From Caulobacteraceae bacterium (GTDB lineage: Bacteria; Pseudomonadota; Alphaproteobacteria; Caulobacterales; Aquidulcibacteraceae), in NCBI GenBank assembly GCA_052387215.1, contig JBQTJK010000040.1, forward strand, positions 2,530-66,529: a stretch of 64,000 bases of DNA, given 5' to 3'. A program made the position numbers and the translations under genes. Below are positions 43,041 through 52,779 of the stretch, piece by piece. Position 1 is the first letter of the stretch. Each line of letters opens with the position of its first letter. Under the pieces are notes generated by a model that saw nothing but the letters and a program-made list of their open reading frames with translations, did no database searches and was not told the DNA's origin.

Positions 43041-43682
43041 TCAGGTTACGCAGCTGGCCAACGAAAACAACACGATGCCGGAGACAGCCGCTGCAACCGT
43101 GACCGTCGCTGCGTAGCTCAGCGCGCGGTCTGGCGGCGCTTTCATGAGGATCGGCAGGCCGCGATACATGATGTAAACCATCGCCGCGAGCGCGAAGAGC
43201 GAGACCCACCACAGCGGTGGCCACAACGAAAACACGCCAGAGAGAAACGCCGGCGTCAGCGAATAGGCGGCGATCTTCTGGGCCGCGAGTTCGTCCTTGT
43301 CGCCATCGAAATTGTCGGCCACGACATTGACGAGCACGCCGAGGAAAAACACCAAACCGATGCTGACTAACCACGTGACAGCGGCGCGGATCAGCGCTTC
43401 GCCCGGTTCGATGGTGAGCAGCCGATTGAACAGCGCCGAGCCGATCAGATCGCAGATCGGCGGGATCGCCGCGAGCGGCGCCACGTAGCCGATCAGGATG
43501 TTTGGGATCGTCGTCTCTTCGGCCTTGATCTGCTCCCATTCCTTCTTTGGCTCGCGCAAGAGCCCGTAGGCGCGGGAGAGAATAAACTCGGACTTGCGCA
43601 GCGCTTGTTGTGCGCTTTCGCGCGCGCCTTCGACACTGAAGCGGGCTCGGCCGCGCGGTTCGTTCTCGTTGTCGGCGGTCAT
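43041..43682 (-). CDS. Yip1 family membrane protein
   Basis: GLLREPKKEWEQI, YVAPLA, AAYSLTP, YIMYRGLP.LMK.P. Confidence 0.85.
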   Translation of the reverse strand: MTADNENEPRGRARFSVEGARESAQQALRKSEFILSRAYGLLREPKKEWEQIKAEETTIPNILIGYVAPLAAIPPICDLIGSALFNRLLTIEPGEALIRAAVTWLVSIGLVFFLGVLVNVVADNFDGDKDELAAQKIAAYSLTPAFLSGVFSLWPPLWWVSLFALAAMVYIMYRGLPILMKAPPDRALSYAATVTVAAAVSGIVLFSLASCVT

Positions 43683-43697
43683 GGGATTCTCCGGCGC

Positions 43698-44987
43698 TCA
43701 GGCCTTGAACGGGTCGCGCATCAGAATGACGTCGTCGCGCTCGGGACTCGTAGAGACGAGGGCCGCGGGGCAGCCGATCAGTTCTTCGATGCGGCGGATG
43801 TACTTGATCGCTTTCGCCGGCAGGTCGCGCGAAGAGCGCACGCCGCGCGTCGGCTTTTTCCAGCCGTCGAGCGTTTCGTAAATTGGTTCGACCGCTTCCT
43901 GGTCCTTGAGGCTCGCGGGGAGATAATCGAGCGTTTTTCCGCCGAGCTTGTAGCCGGTGCAAATCTTGATCTCGTCGAAGCCATCCAGCACGTCGAGCTT
44001 GGTGAGCGCGATGCCGTCGGCGCCGGAGAGAGCGATGGATTGGCGCACGAGCACGGCGTCGAACCAGCCGCAGCGGCGCGCGCGTCCGGTGTTGGTGCCG
44101 AACTCGTGTCCGACTTCACCGAGCTTCTTGCCGTTGGCGTCATTCAATTCCGTGGGAAACGGACCGGCGCCGACGCGTGTCGTGTAGGCTTTGACCAGAC
44201 CGAGCACGTAGGTGATCGCACGCGGGCCGACGCCCGAACCGGCGGCGGCCTGGCCTGCTACAACATTAGACGAGGTGACGAACGGATAAGTGCCGTGATC
44301 GACGTCCAAGAGCACGCCTTGCGCGCCTTCGAACAAGACGCGCTTAGAGCCCTCAAAAGCCGCGTGGAGCGTACGCCACGCGGGCTGCGCATAGGGCAGC
44401 ACTTTCGGCGCGATCGCGGCGAGTTCTGATTTGAGCTTGGCGACATCGATCTCCGGCAGATCGAGGCCGCGGCGCAGCGCGTCGTGATGGGCGGTCAGAC
44501 GTTCGATCTTCCAGGCGACGGAGTCCGGATCGGCGAGGTCTGCCACGCGGAGCGCGCGGCGGCCGACTTTGTCCTCGTAGGCTGGACCGATGCCGCGCTT
44601 GGTGGTGCCGATCGACGCCATTCCCGCCTGCGCTTCGCGCGCGGCGTCGAGGTCGCGATGAAACGGCAGGATGAGACAGGCCTGATCGGAGAGCACGAGC
44701 TTGTCCGGCGCGATCTTCACGCCTTGCGCGGTGATCTTCTCGATCTCACTCGCCAACGCCCAGGGATCAACGACGACGCCATTGCCGATAATGGAGAGCT
44801 TTCCCTGCACCACGCCCGACGGCAGTAGCGCCAACTTGTAGGTGGTGTTGCCGACCACAAGCGTGTGGCCGGCATTGTGACCGCCCTGAAAGCGCACCAC
44901 GACGTCGGCGCGGTTGCACAGCCAGTCGACGATCTTGCCCTTGCCCTCGTCGCCCCATTGGGCGCCGACGACGACTACACCTGCCAT
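43698..44987 (-). CDS. purA: Adenylosuccinate synthetase
   Basis: [48 protein letters not shown]. Confidence 0.98.
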   Translation of the reverse strand: MAGVVVVGAQWGDEGKGKIVDWLCNRADVVVRFQGGHNAGHTLVVGNTTYKLALLPSGVVQGKLSIIGNGVVVDPWALASEIEKITAQGVKIAPDKLVLSDQACLILPFHRDLDAAREAQAGMASIGTTKRGIGPAYEDKVGRRALRVADLADPDSVAWKIERLTAHHDALRRGLDLPEIDVAKLKSELAAIAPKVLPYAQPAWRTLHAAFEGSKRVLFEGAQGVLLDVDHGTYPFVTSSNVVAGQAAAGSGVGPRAITYVLGLVKAYTTRVGAGPFPTELNDANGKKLGEVGHEFGTNTGRARRCGWFDAVLVRQSIALSGADGIALTKLDVLDGFDEIKICTGYKLGGKTLDYLPASLKDQEAVEPIYETLDGWKKPTRGVRSSRDLPAKAIKYIRRIEELIGCPAALVSTSPERDDVILMRDPFKA

Positions 44988-45037
44988 GTCACGCGCTCCT
45001 CGGACGTTGCGTGTCCGCTTCGCCCGCGCGCGTCAAG

Positions 45038-46411
45038 TCACGGCGGGGGTGGCGAATCGGCCGGAGGCGCCTGTGGCGGCACTTGCGCGGGCCTCTCAGG
45101 CGGCGCGGCTGTCGCGGGCTGCGCCGGCAGCCACGGATCGAACCTCGCGGGCGGCCAATCCGGCGCGATGGCGGCGCTCCTCACCGGATTGGCGTCAGTC
45201 GAATCGCGATGCAACAGCTGCGCCGCGCCCAGCGCTTCGCCGGTGCGGTAGAGAATGTCCAGGAGTTCGGTTTCCTTGATGTCGAGCTTCCTGAGCTTCT
45301 CAACCTCTTTCGCCTTCATCTCCTGACCGAGCAGGCTTTCGACATGCTCGGGGCGGCGATACTCAGGTTCGTCGATCTCAAGCCGCGCGTCATAGCGCTG
45401 AAAGGTCAGCACCGGCTGCGTCGACAGCAGCGGCGTTTTCGTCTGCATGCGCACTTCGGAGTTCACGTACCAGGGAAAGCGCGGGCGCGAGAGCCCCTGA
45501 AGTGTCGTGATTTGCTGCTGGCAGATATCGTGATTGTAGCCTTCGAGCGCCGCCATCACCTTGCTCGAATACGCCATCCTTCGGAAGTCGGACGTGCTCT
45601 TGGCGCTGGAGCGGCGCTTCTTGTTCTTCTTGGCGAAGCGCTTGCGCACATAGCCGGTGCCGACCGACCACAAGAGCAGATTCTCTTCACCGGTCGCCCA
45701 ATTGAAACCGAACGCGGGTTCGGTCACCGTGAGCAGTAATTGGAGCGCGGGATTGTTGTTAGGGCTGACGCCGCCGTCGAAGAAGTGCGCGTAGCCGGCT
45801 ATCTTGCCGTGCTTGTCGCGTTCGAGCGGGATGCGCACGTCGGCAAAGTAAGTGGGCGCGGCGGCCGACGATTGCACGAGGTCGCGCAGGTAGAATTGCG
45901 AGTTCGGCACGCCGGTGCTGTCGGCGTCGAAATAGCACCAGTCCGGGTTGTTCACGAGAATCCAGGCCGAACCGGAATCGATCCGCTTGGCGTGGATGGC
46001 GAGGCCGGTTTTCAGGTCCTCAGAATTGAGCATCCGGTCGCCGAGGTATTCGTTGAGCGCCTGCGTCAGCGCCTTGTTCTTGAAAGCGGGAATGAAGACC
46101 CGTAGCGGTCCGGGCACTTGCGGTTTCGAGAAAATCGCGGGCAGCAGCCTGAAATAGAGATCGACCACCTCGCGCACGCGCCATTCGAGCGCAAGCGTTG
46201 TGGCGATGATCGCCCCGGTCGAAGTGCCGCCGATCAGATCGAAATAATGCGCCAGACGGAATTGATCGCCCTGGCCGCTGCGTTCGGCAAGATGGCGTTC
46301 AAGTTGGGCCAGAACGCCCAGCGTCAGTAGCCCGCGCGCGCCGCCGCCGTCCAACGCCAGAATGCGCTTCGATCCGGGCCGTTGGAAGCGTTCGCGCAAA
46401 TGAGCGCCCAT
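45038..46411 (-). CDS. Patatin-like phospholipase
   Basis: LALDGGGARG, IGGTSTG (GxSxG), FDGG. Confidence 0.9.
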   Translation of the reverse strand: MGAHLRERFQRPGSKRILALDGGGARGLLTLGVLAQLERHLAERSGQGDQFRLAHYFDLIGGTSTGAIIATTLALEWRVREVVDLYFRLLPAIFSKPQVPGPLRVFIPAFKNKALTQALNEYLGDRMLNSEDLKTGLAIHAKRIDSGSAWILVNNPDWCYFDADSTGVPNSQFYLRDLVQSSAAAPTYFADVRIPLERDKHGKIAGYAHFFDGGVSPNNNPALQLLLTVTEPAFGFNWATGEENLLLWSVGTGYVRKRFAKKNKKRRSSAKSTSDFRRMAYSSKVMAALEGYNHDICQQQITTLQGLSRPRFPWYVNSEVRMQTKTPLLSTQPVLTFQRYDARLEIDEPEYRRPEHVESLLGQEMKAKEVEKLRKLDIKETELLDILYRTGEALGAAQLLHRDSTDANPVRSAAIAPDWPPARFDPWLPAQPATAAPPERPAQVPPQAPPADSPPPP

Positions 46412-46474
46412 AAGCGTCCCCCTTTCTGGAGCTGGTGGAGTTTAGGGCAAAACCCGCGCCGCTGGAAACGGCTA

Positions 46475-46840
46475 TCAGCGCGCCGGGCGAAGCGCCTGCG
46501 CGAGCGAAAAGACAAAGAGCAGCACGTATAGGATGAGTTGAACAACGATCTGCCAAGCGCCAAACGAGCCGATCGCGGCCGCAAAGCACGACACGAGCGC
46601 GGTCATGAGCAGCGCGGCAACCGCACAGAGGATGGCCAAGGCGCGCGGAGCGCCCGCCGTGCGCCGCACAAGGTTCATCGAACCGGTGAGGAACATTGCT
46701 GCGCCGGCGCCGGAGAACCACACTTCGTCGGTTGTCACCGGCCCGGCAAGAATCCCGCCGAACGCGAAGGTGTGGACAAAGCTGAGCGCCACGACCAGCG
46801 CCGCAGCCGCAAGGTCGACGCCCGCGATAAGCCTGCTCAT
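46475..46840 (-). CDS. Four-helix membrane protein, hypothetical
   Basis: Four hydrophobic segments; ATGA-type overlap with the upstream stop. Confidence 0.7.
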   Translation of the reverse strand: MSRLIAGVDLAAAALVVALSFVHTFAFGGILAGPVTTDEVWFSGAGAAMFLTGSMNLVRRTAGAPRALAILCAVAALLMTALVSCFAAAIGSFGAWQIVVQLILYVLLFVFSLAQALRPAR

Positions 46841-47430
46841 CGCTCGCCGAACTGATAACCGAGACGGATGCCGATCTGATCCACGGCCTGGTTGTGCCCG
46901 TCGCTATCGCCGAGAATCTGACCGTGGCTCAGGTGCTCGTAGAAGATCTGTCCTTCCCAAGGGCCTTCGAAATCGCGGGTGAGGCCGATGGAAGTGCGGA
47001 AGAGATCTTCCGAACCAAGCAGCAAGTTGTGCTCAGCAAACTCGGCAGCTTCCGGAGACCCGCCGGGGAACGGATTTTCTTCCGTGCCGTCGTGGATGAC
47101 GTAGCCCACGCCCGGCTCCAGCGCCCAGCCTTCGGCAAACTCCCAGCGCCATTCAAGTCCGACGCCGCCGAAGCTCGTATCGCCGGCAGTGTTAAGTGAC
47201 GCGACAATGTAAGGCTGCGGCGAACCGGCCCAATGCAGAAAGCCGGGTGAATCGAACGAGACTTGAAATTCGACGTTCGGGCCGTTCTCCTTGTCGGCGT
47301 TCTTGCAGTCGATGACGCAAATGTTGTGCGCCATCACGCCGACATGTACCTCGTCAATGCCCGCGTTGGCTTGCGGCGCAAGCGCAACGATCGCACCGAA
47401 AGCCGCGATACCAGCTGCCGTTCCCCGCAT
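46837..47430 (-). CDS. Acyloxyacyl hydrolase / PagL-like outer-membrane beta-barrel
   Basis: Signal peptide; alternating beta strands; YEHLSHG, NQAVDQIGIRLGY; start ATG 47430. Confidence 0.75.
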   Translation of the reverse strand: MRGTAAGIAAFGAIVALAPQANAGIDEVHVGVMAHNICVIDCKNADKENGPNVEFQVSFDSPGFLHWAGSPQPYIVASLNTAGDTSFGGVGLEWRWEFAEGWALEPGVGYVIHDGTEENPFPGGSPEAAEFAEHNLLLGSEDLFRTSIGLTRDFEGPWEGQIFYEHLSHGQILGDSDGHNQAVDQIGIRLGYQFGER

Positions 47431-47484
47431 GCAAACCCCCTTCGACCACGACCCTAGACCGGCGCGGGCCGGCAAGGAAAGCAC

Positions 47485-48081
47485 TCAATCCGCTGGATCA
47501 GGATCCAAGCGGTAGAGGAAGCGCAGCCCAATGTAATCAAGTCCTTGGTTGCGGCCTTCATCCAGTACTTGGCCGTGGCTCATGTGGGCCCAATAGAGTT
47601 GCATAGCAGCGCGCTCGCCGAACTCGCGCTCAAGCGCGAAAGAGGAACGGAACAGGTCGCGCGAACCGAGCAGCTGATGATCTTCCTCGAATGCGATGGC
47701 TTCGGGGGAGAGTGGCGGGAATGGGTTGTCCAGCTCGCCGTCATGGATGATGTACCCGAACCCTGGCTCGAACGCCCACCCCTCGGCGAACTCCCAACGC
47801 CAAATCAGGCCCACGCCGCCGAACGACACCCCGTCGTCGGTGTTGATCGACGCGATAGCATACGGTCGCGGCGAACCGATGATGTTGAGGAAGTCCGGCG
47901 AACTGGAGACCAGCTCCAACTCAATATTGGCGCCCTCTTCCTTGCCCTCGACGATGTCGCCATGATCGGAACGGATGTTGCCGACGGCGCCAATACGCAG
48001 TTCGTCAATCTCAGCCTGCGCAGGCGCGGCGATCCCCACCAGCGCCAAAAACAGCGTCGAGCCAAGCAGCATCAATTTCAT
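47485..48081 (-). CDS. Acyloxyacyl hydrolase / PagL-like outer-membrane beta-barrel (paralogue)
   Basis: Signal peptide; WAHMSHG, NQGLDYIG.R..Y; clearly homologous to the adjacent gene. Confidence 0.75.
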   Translation of the reverse strand: MKLMLLGSTLFLALVGIAAPAQAEIDELRIGAVGNIRSDHGDIVEGKEEGANIELELVSSSPDFLNIIGSPRPYAIASINTDDGVSFGGVGLIWRWEFAEGWAFEPGFGYIIHDGELDNPFPPLSPEAIAFEEDHQLLGSRDLFRSSFALEREFGERAAMQLYWAHMSHGQVLDEGRNQGLDYIGLRFLYRLDPDPAD

Positions 48082-48154
48082 GAACGCGTCCCCTCGCTCG
48101 CGGGGCGCTCACCCCCGCAAGCGCCACAACGCGTTCGAGAATACCGGGTTCCCA

Positions 48155-49729
48155 CTAAAATCGAAGCAATTTTGCGTACCTGACCTGCGGCAGGGCGGCG
48201 AGTTGAGCCATGACGGGCGCGGGCGGGGCTTGATCAATGCCGACTAGCGCAATCGCCTCCGCGCCGGCGGCCTCGCGGCCCAAATGGAACGTGGCGATAT
48301 TGACGCCCGCATCGCCCAGGATGGTGCCCAGCGCGCCGATAAAGCCGGGTTTGTCGGAATTGTTGATGTAAAGCGTGTTTGGCTGGAACGGCGCTTCGAG
48401 CGCCATGCCCTTCACTTCGACAATCCGCGGCTGGCCGGCGATGACAGCGCCGGCGAGCGTGCGCCAGCCGCCGCCTGTCTTCACCTTGACGCGGATCAAG
48501 CTGTCATAGGTCGGCGATGCATCGCGCGTGCTTTCAGTAAGCGCGGCCCCGCGCTCCTTCAGCAGCGCGGGCGCGGAGACCACGTTCACGTCTTGCAACA
48601 GCGGGCGCAGCACGCCGGCGAGCGCGGCGGAGGTGAGCGGCTTGACGTTGAGCTGGGAGACATGGCCTTCGTACTCGATCTCGACCGCATCGAGGCCCTC
48701 ATCGACGATCTGGCCGGCGAATGCGCCCAATTTCTCCGCAAGTTGGGCGAACGGCCTCAGGCGCGGGGCTTCTTCCGCCGTAATCGAGGGCATATTGAGT
48801 GCGTTGGTGACGGCGCCGGTGAGCAGATAGTCGCTCATCTGCTCGGCCACCTGCAACGCAACGTTTTCTTGCGCTTCGTTGGTGGAGGCGCCGAGGTGCG
48901 GCGTGGCGATAAAGTTCGGCGCGCCGAAGAGAACGTTCTCCTTCGCCGGCTCGATCGTGAAGACGTCGAACGCGGCCGCGGCCACGTGCTCGCTCTCCAA
49001 CGCTTCGCGCAATGCGATTTCGTCCACCAAACCGCCACGCGCGGCGTTGACGATGATCACTCCCGGCTTCGTCTTCGCGAGGTTCTCCCGCGACAGGATG
49101 TTCTTGGTCTTCTCAGTCATCGGCACGTGCAGCGAAATGACGTCGGCGCGCGTCAGCAGCTCTTCCAGCTCCACCTTCTCGACGCCGATCTGCACCGCGC
49201 GTTCCGCGCTCAGGAACGGATCGTAGGCGATCACCTTCATTTTGAGCCCGTTGGCGCGGTCGGCGACGATGCCGCCAATATTGCCGCAGCCGATGAGGCC
49301 CAAGGTCTTGGCGTAGAGCTCGCGGCCCATGAAACGGTTCTTTTCCCACTTGCCGGCTTGCGTGGACACATCGGCAGCGGCGAGCTGGCGCGCGGCGGCG
49401 AACATCAGCGCGATCGCGTGCTCGGCCGTGGTGATGGAATTGCCGAACGGTGTGTTCATCACCACGATGCCCTTTTGTGTGGCGGCGGGGATGTCGATGT
49501 TGTCGACGCCGATGCCGGCGCGGCCGATGACTCTGAGATTCTTCGCCGCGGCGATCACGTCGGCGGTGACCTTGGTGTTCGAGCGCACGGCGAGGCCATC
49601 ATACTGGCCGATGATAGCGAGAAGTTCATCTTTCATTAGCCCTGGGTTGAAATCGACCTCGACTCCGCGCGCCTTGAAAATCTCGATCGCCGCTTGGCTG
49701 AGTTCATCGCTGATGAGGACTTTGGGCAT
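48155..49729 (-). CDS. serA: D-3-phosphoglycerate dehydrogenase
   Basis: MPKVLISD, GRAGIGVDN, GCGNIG, NAARGG, PHLGAST, C-terminal ASB/ACT domains. Confidence 0.97.
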   Translation of the reverse strand: MPKVLISDELSQAAIEIFKARGVEVDFNPGLMKDELLAIIGQYDGLAVRSNTKVTADVIAAAKNLRVIGRAGIGVDNIDIPAATQKGIVVMNTPFGNSITTAEHAIALMFAAARQLAAADVSTQAGKWEKNRFMGRELYAKTLGLIGCGNIGGIVADRANGLKMKVIAYDPFLSAERAVQIGVEKVELEELLTRADVISLHVPMTEKTKNILSRENLAKTKPGVIIVNAARGGLVDEIALREALESEHVAAAAFDVFTIEPAKENVLFGAPNFIATPHLGASTNEAQENVALQVAEQMSDYLLTGAVTNALNMPSITAEEAPRLRPFAQLAEKLGAFAGQIVDEGLDAVEIEYEGHVSQLNVKPLTSAALAGVLRPLLQDVNVVSAPALLKERGAALTESTRDASPTYDSLIRVKVKTGGGWRTLAGAVIAGQPRIVEVKGMALEAPFQPNTLYINNSDKPGFIGALGTILGDAGVNIATFHLGREAAGAEAIALVGIDQAPPAPVMAQLAALPQVRYAKLLRF

Positions 49730-49751
49730 GTGGTGCTTCCTATGGATTTGT

Positions 49752-49879
49752 ACGCTTCCCGGACGCATGCCCGGCGAAAGCCGGGCTGCGATCCGGGACC
49801 CAGTGGCGAGCGGCAGTGTGTTTGCCCCTGGGTCCCGGCTCTACGCCCGGATCAAGTCCGGGCTTCGGCCGGGAAGCGT
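49752..49879. repeat. Nested palindromic repeat related to the 25983-26090 element
   Basis: Outer IR ACGCTTCCCGG; inner IR CCGGGACCCAG; shares CTGGGTCCCGGCTCTACG and CGGCCGGGA with the other copy; lies between serC and serA. Confidence 0.8.
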
Positions 49880-49887
49880 TGGGAGGT

Positions 49888-51072
49888 TCACGCTGCTTTG
49901 GCGAGTTCGGACACGAGCGTCGCGAACGCCCAGTCGAGCCAGGGCGTGAGCGCGGCGACGTCGGAGGCGTCGACAGTCGCGCCGCACCAGATGCGTAAGC
50001 CAGGCGGCGCTGCGCGGTAGGAGGCGGCGTCGAAGGCGACGCCCTCCTTCTCCAGCGACGACGCAAGTTTTTTCGCGAACTCGGCCTGAGCATCGGCATT
50101 GAGCGCAGTGACGCGCGGATCAACGACTTTCAAACACACGCTAGTGTTCGAACGCGTCGCCGGATCGATCGCTAGAAAATCGATCCACGGCGTGTGCGCC
50201 GCCCAATCCGTCAGCACCTTGGTGTTGGCGTTCGCGCGCGCAAACAACGTTTCGAGGCCGCCGATGCTTTGGGCCCACTTGAGTGCGTCAATATAGTCTT
50301 CCGTCGCAAGCAACGACGGCGTGTTGATGGTCGAGCCTTCGAAGATTTCAAGATCGACTTTGCCCTTCTTGGTCAGCCGGAAAATCTTCGGCAGAGGGCG
50401 ATCGGGCGTGAAGCTCTCGAGCCGCGCGATGGCGCGCGGCGAAAGGATCATCATCCCGTGCGCGGCCTCGCCGCCCAACACTTTCTGCCACGAGAACGTG
50501 GTCACGTCGCACTTCGACCAATCGATCGGCTGCGCGAACACGGCGCTGGTGGCGTCATTGATGGTGACGCCTTCGCGATCGGAGGCAATCCAGTCGAAGT
50601 TCGGGATGCGCACGCCTGATGTGGTGCCGTTTTGCGTGAAGATGATGTCGGCGTCCTTGCGCGCGAGCTCAAGCTTCGGCAGCGCGCCGTAGCCGGCGCT
50701 GTGCACCTTCGCGTCGAGCTTGAGGTGCTTGGCGTCGGTGACCCATTCTTCACCGAAGCTTTCCCAGGCGAAAATGTCGACCGGCCGCGCGCCCAACATC
50801 GACCACAGCGCCATCTCGACGGCGCCCGTGTCCGAAGCCGGAACGATCGCGATCTTGTGCGTGTTCGGGACACCCAAAATGGCGCGGGTGCGGTCGATCG
50901 CTTCCTTGAGCTTGGTTTTGCCCGGTTTGGCGCGGTGCGAACGGCCGAGGGCCGCGTCTTTCAACGCGTCCGTGCTCCAGCCAGGGCGTTTTTTGGTGGG
51001 ACCCGAAGAAAATCGGGGATCAGCCGGGCGCCCAATTGGACGCACTAATGGCGGCTTCGCGGGAATGTTCAT
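49888..51072 (-). CDS. serC: Phosphoserine aminotransferase
   Basis: FSSGPTKKRPGW, GRSHR, SDTGAVE, NGTTSG, DATS, SWQKVLGGE (PLP Lys), FEGSTINTPS; GGAG before ATG 51072. Confidence 0.96.
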   Translation of the reverse strand: MNIPAKPPLVRPIGRPADPRFSSGPTKKRPGWSTDALKDAALGRSHRAKPGKTKLKEAIDRTRAILGVPNTHKIAIVPASDTGAVEMALWSMLGARPVDIFAWESFGEEWVTDAKHLKLDAKVHSAGYGALPKLELARKDADIIFTQNGTTSGVRIPNFDWIASDREGVTINDATSAVFAQPIDWSKCDVTTFSWQKVLGGEAAHGMMILSPRAIARLESFTPDRPLPKIFRLTKKGKVDLEIFEGSTINTPSLLATEDYIDALKWAQSIGGLETLFARANANTKVLTDWAAHTPWIDFLAIDPATRSNTSVCLKVVDPRVTALNADAQAEFAKKLASSLEKEGVAFDAASYRAAPPGLRIWCGATVDASDVAALTPWLDWAFATLVSELAKAA

Positions 51073-51083
51073 CAACTTGTCTC

Positions 51084-51134
51084 CCATCCTTACAGATGGG
51101 CGTCCGCCGTTGGGAGCGGATGGCCCGCCCACGC
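51084..51134 (-). ncRNA. serC leader RNA (alphaproteobacterial cis-regulatory element)
   Basis: GCGTGGGCGGGCCATCCGCTCCCAACGGCGGACGCCCATCTGTAAGGATG directly 5' of serC; nested stems around CCCAACG running into the ribosome site; family call is from recall, not a covariance search. Confidence 0.65.
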
Positions 51135-51233
51135 TGGTGCGCCCGTTCGAGCGGGATTGCAATGCCGCGGCTCGCGCCATGGGCTGGCGGCGCCTATAAC
51201 ATTAGCACGTGCTCAAGGGTGAGGCTGAGGCCG

Positions 51234-51677
51234 ATGCCACGCACCACGAACAAACCGCCGCTATGGGCCTGCAGCCGCTGCGGCCAGCGCTTTGTCACTC
51301 GCAACATGTGGCACTCCTGCGTCCGCCTGACGGAAGCGGAATTCTTTGGCGACCGGCGCGCGCAACGGCGCCTCTACCGCGCTTATCTCAAATTCGTGCG
51401 CCAGTTCGGGCCGGTCACGGTAAACATCACCAAGACACGCATAAGCCTACAAGCACGCGTGCGCTTCGCCGGCGTGCCGCGCGTGCTCCGCGACGGCATT
51501 GTCTGCGGCTTCTGGCTAAAGCGGCGGATAGAAAGCCCGCGATTCTTAAAGGTGGAGCTGATCCCACCGCGCGACTACATCTACACGTTCAAGCTGACGC
51601 ACCCGGATCAGTTGGACGACGAAGTCGCGCAATGGATCGCGGAAGCCTATCGGGTCGGCATGCAGGAAGAAATTTGA
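51234..51677 (+). CDS. DUF5655-like protein with N-terminal zinc ribbon
   Basis: WACSRCGQRFVTRNMWHSC, FGPVTV..TKTRISL..RVRFA, LDDEVAQWIAEAY. Confidence 0.75.
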   Translation: MPRTTNKPPLWACSRCGQRFVTRNMWHSCVRLTEAEFFGDRRAQRRLYRAYLKFVRQFGPVTVNITKTRISLQARVRFAGVPRVLRDGIVCGFWLKRRIESPRFLKVELIPPRDYIYTFKLTHPDQLDDEVAQWIAEAYRVGMQEEI

Positions 51678-51685
51678 GGAGCGCG

Positions 51686-52705
51686 TTACTTGGCGTCCGT
51701 CACTACGATCCGAGGCGCAGGCGGTTCAGCGACTTCCGGTGGCGCGGGGTGCGAGGTGGGCGGCCGCGGCGGGGTTTCTTCAAGGCCAGGGATCATCGGC
51801 TCTTCGAAAATCGCTGGCAGCTGCTTGGCCTTGCGGGCGCGGCGCCTCTTGCGCTTGGGCGCCTCGGGATGCTCGTCCATGCGGTTGTGCAGGCGCGCGA
51901 GCGATGAATCGAGTTCGCCGCGGAGATAGACCGCGACTTGGCCAAGCAGGCGCACTGACGACAGCGTCTGGATCGCGCGCATGTAGCCGCCGCGCTTGGA
52001 CGCCTGGTAACCGACGACGCTTTCCAGATCGAAGCGGTCGCACCAATAGGGCGCGAGATCGGCGAAGGACGAGCCGGTGACCGGATCCTCGTCGATGCCG
52101 ACGCCGGGACAGAAGAAGCGCGAAACGAAATCGTAGGGCTTGCCCTCGTCCGCCGGAGCGGTGACGCCGAGCATGCCTTGGCGCGGGCCGCGGATGGCGA
52201 GGTTGAGCGCGGCGAAGTCGGGCTTCAAATTGCGCAGCGTCGCTTCGTCTTCGAGCACGACATTCGCGTATTCGCCGATGAAGGCATCGACGATCTCGAC
52301 GCCGCCGAGCGCGTCGCTGACGCTTTCATCCGGCGTCCACGGCGTGCGCTGCTTGCGCGGCAGGTCGAGCGTGTAGCCTTCGGGGGTGTTGCGCACGATC
52401 AGCGCGCCGGCGTGGGTGTCGAACACGACGACTTCCAAGCCCGGGTCGATCTCGGAGAGTAGCATAGCGCCGGCGGCGAGCGTGGCGTGACCGCAGATCG
52501 GCACTTCCGTGGCCGGCGTGAACCAGCGCAGCTGGTAGTTGCCCTTGAGCCCAGTCGGCACCACGAACGCGGTTTCGCTGAGCTTGTTTTCAGTGGCGAT
52601 CGCCTGCAACACCGCGTCTGGCAGCCAGCGCTCCAACGGCACCACGGCGGCCGGATTGCCGGTGAAGACGCGGTCCGTGAAGGCGTGCACGATCCAGATT
52701 TTCAT
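51686..52705 (-). CDS. PhzF family isomerase/epimerase with low-complexity C-terminal tail
   Basis: VHAFT..FTGNPAAVV, SETAF, LRWFTP..EV.ICGHATL, SRFFCP..G..EDPVTGS. Confidence 0.9.
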   Translation of the reverse strand: MKIWIVHAFTDRVFTGNPAAVVPLERWLPDAVLQAIATENKLSETAFVVPTGLKGNYQLRWFTPATEVPICGHATLAAGAMLLSEIDPGLEVVVFDTHAGALIVRNTPEGYTLDLPRKQRTPWTPDESVSDALGGVEIVDAFIGEYANVVLEDEATLRNLKPDFAALNLAIRGPRQGMLGVTAPADEGKPYDFVSRFFCPGVGIDEDPVTGSSFADLAPYWCDRFDLESVVGYQASKRGGYMRAIQTLSSVRLLGQVAVYLRGELDSSLARLHNRMDEHPEAPKRKRRRARKAKQLPAIFEEPMIPGLEETPPRPPTSHPAPPEVAEPPAPRIVVTDAK

Positions 52706-52779
52706 GCCCGGAAGCTATGCAGACTGGCGTGCGAGCGCGCCAGCACCTGCGCCCGTTAAGGGTGAATCCGGTTCGCTTT

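Noticed and set aside
39632-46411. CBASS-like defence system from the nucleotidyltransferase plus patatin
   Set aside because: The genes are 4.6 kb apart on opposite strands and separated by purA and Yip1 genes; the NTase is short and not recognisably a CD-NTase; no Cap ancillary genes
23986-49639. Long antisense or shadow ORFs in the track (for example 23986-25038, 29103-30308, 39338-40393, 48284-49639)
   Set aside because: They overlap well-supported genes on the other strand or frame, lack motifs and are typical by-products of high GC content
51686-52705. Phenazine biosynthesis
   Set aside because: Lone PhzF-family gene with no phzA-E or phzG
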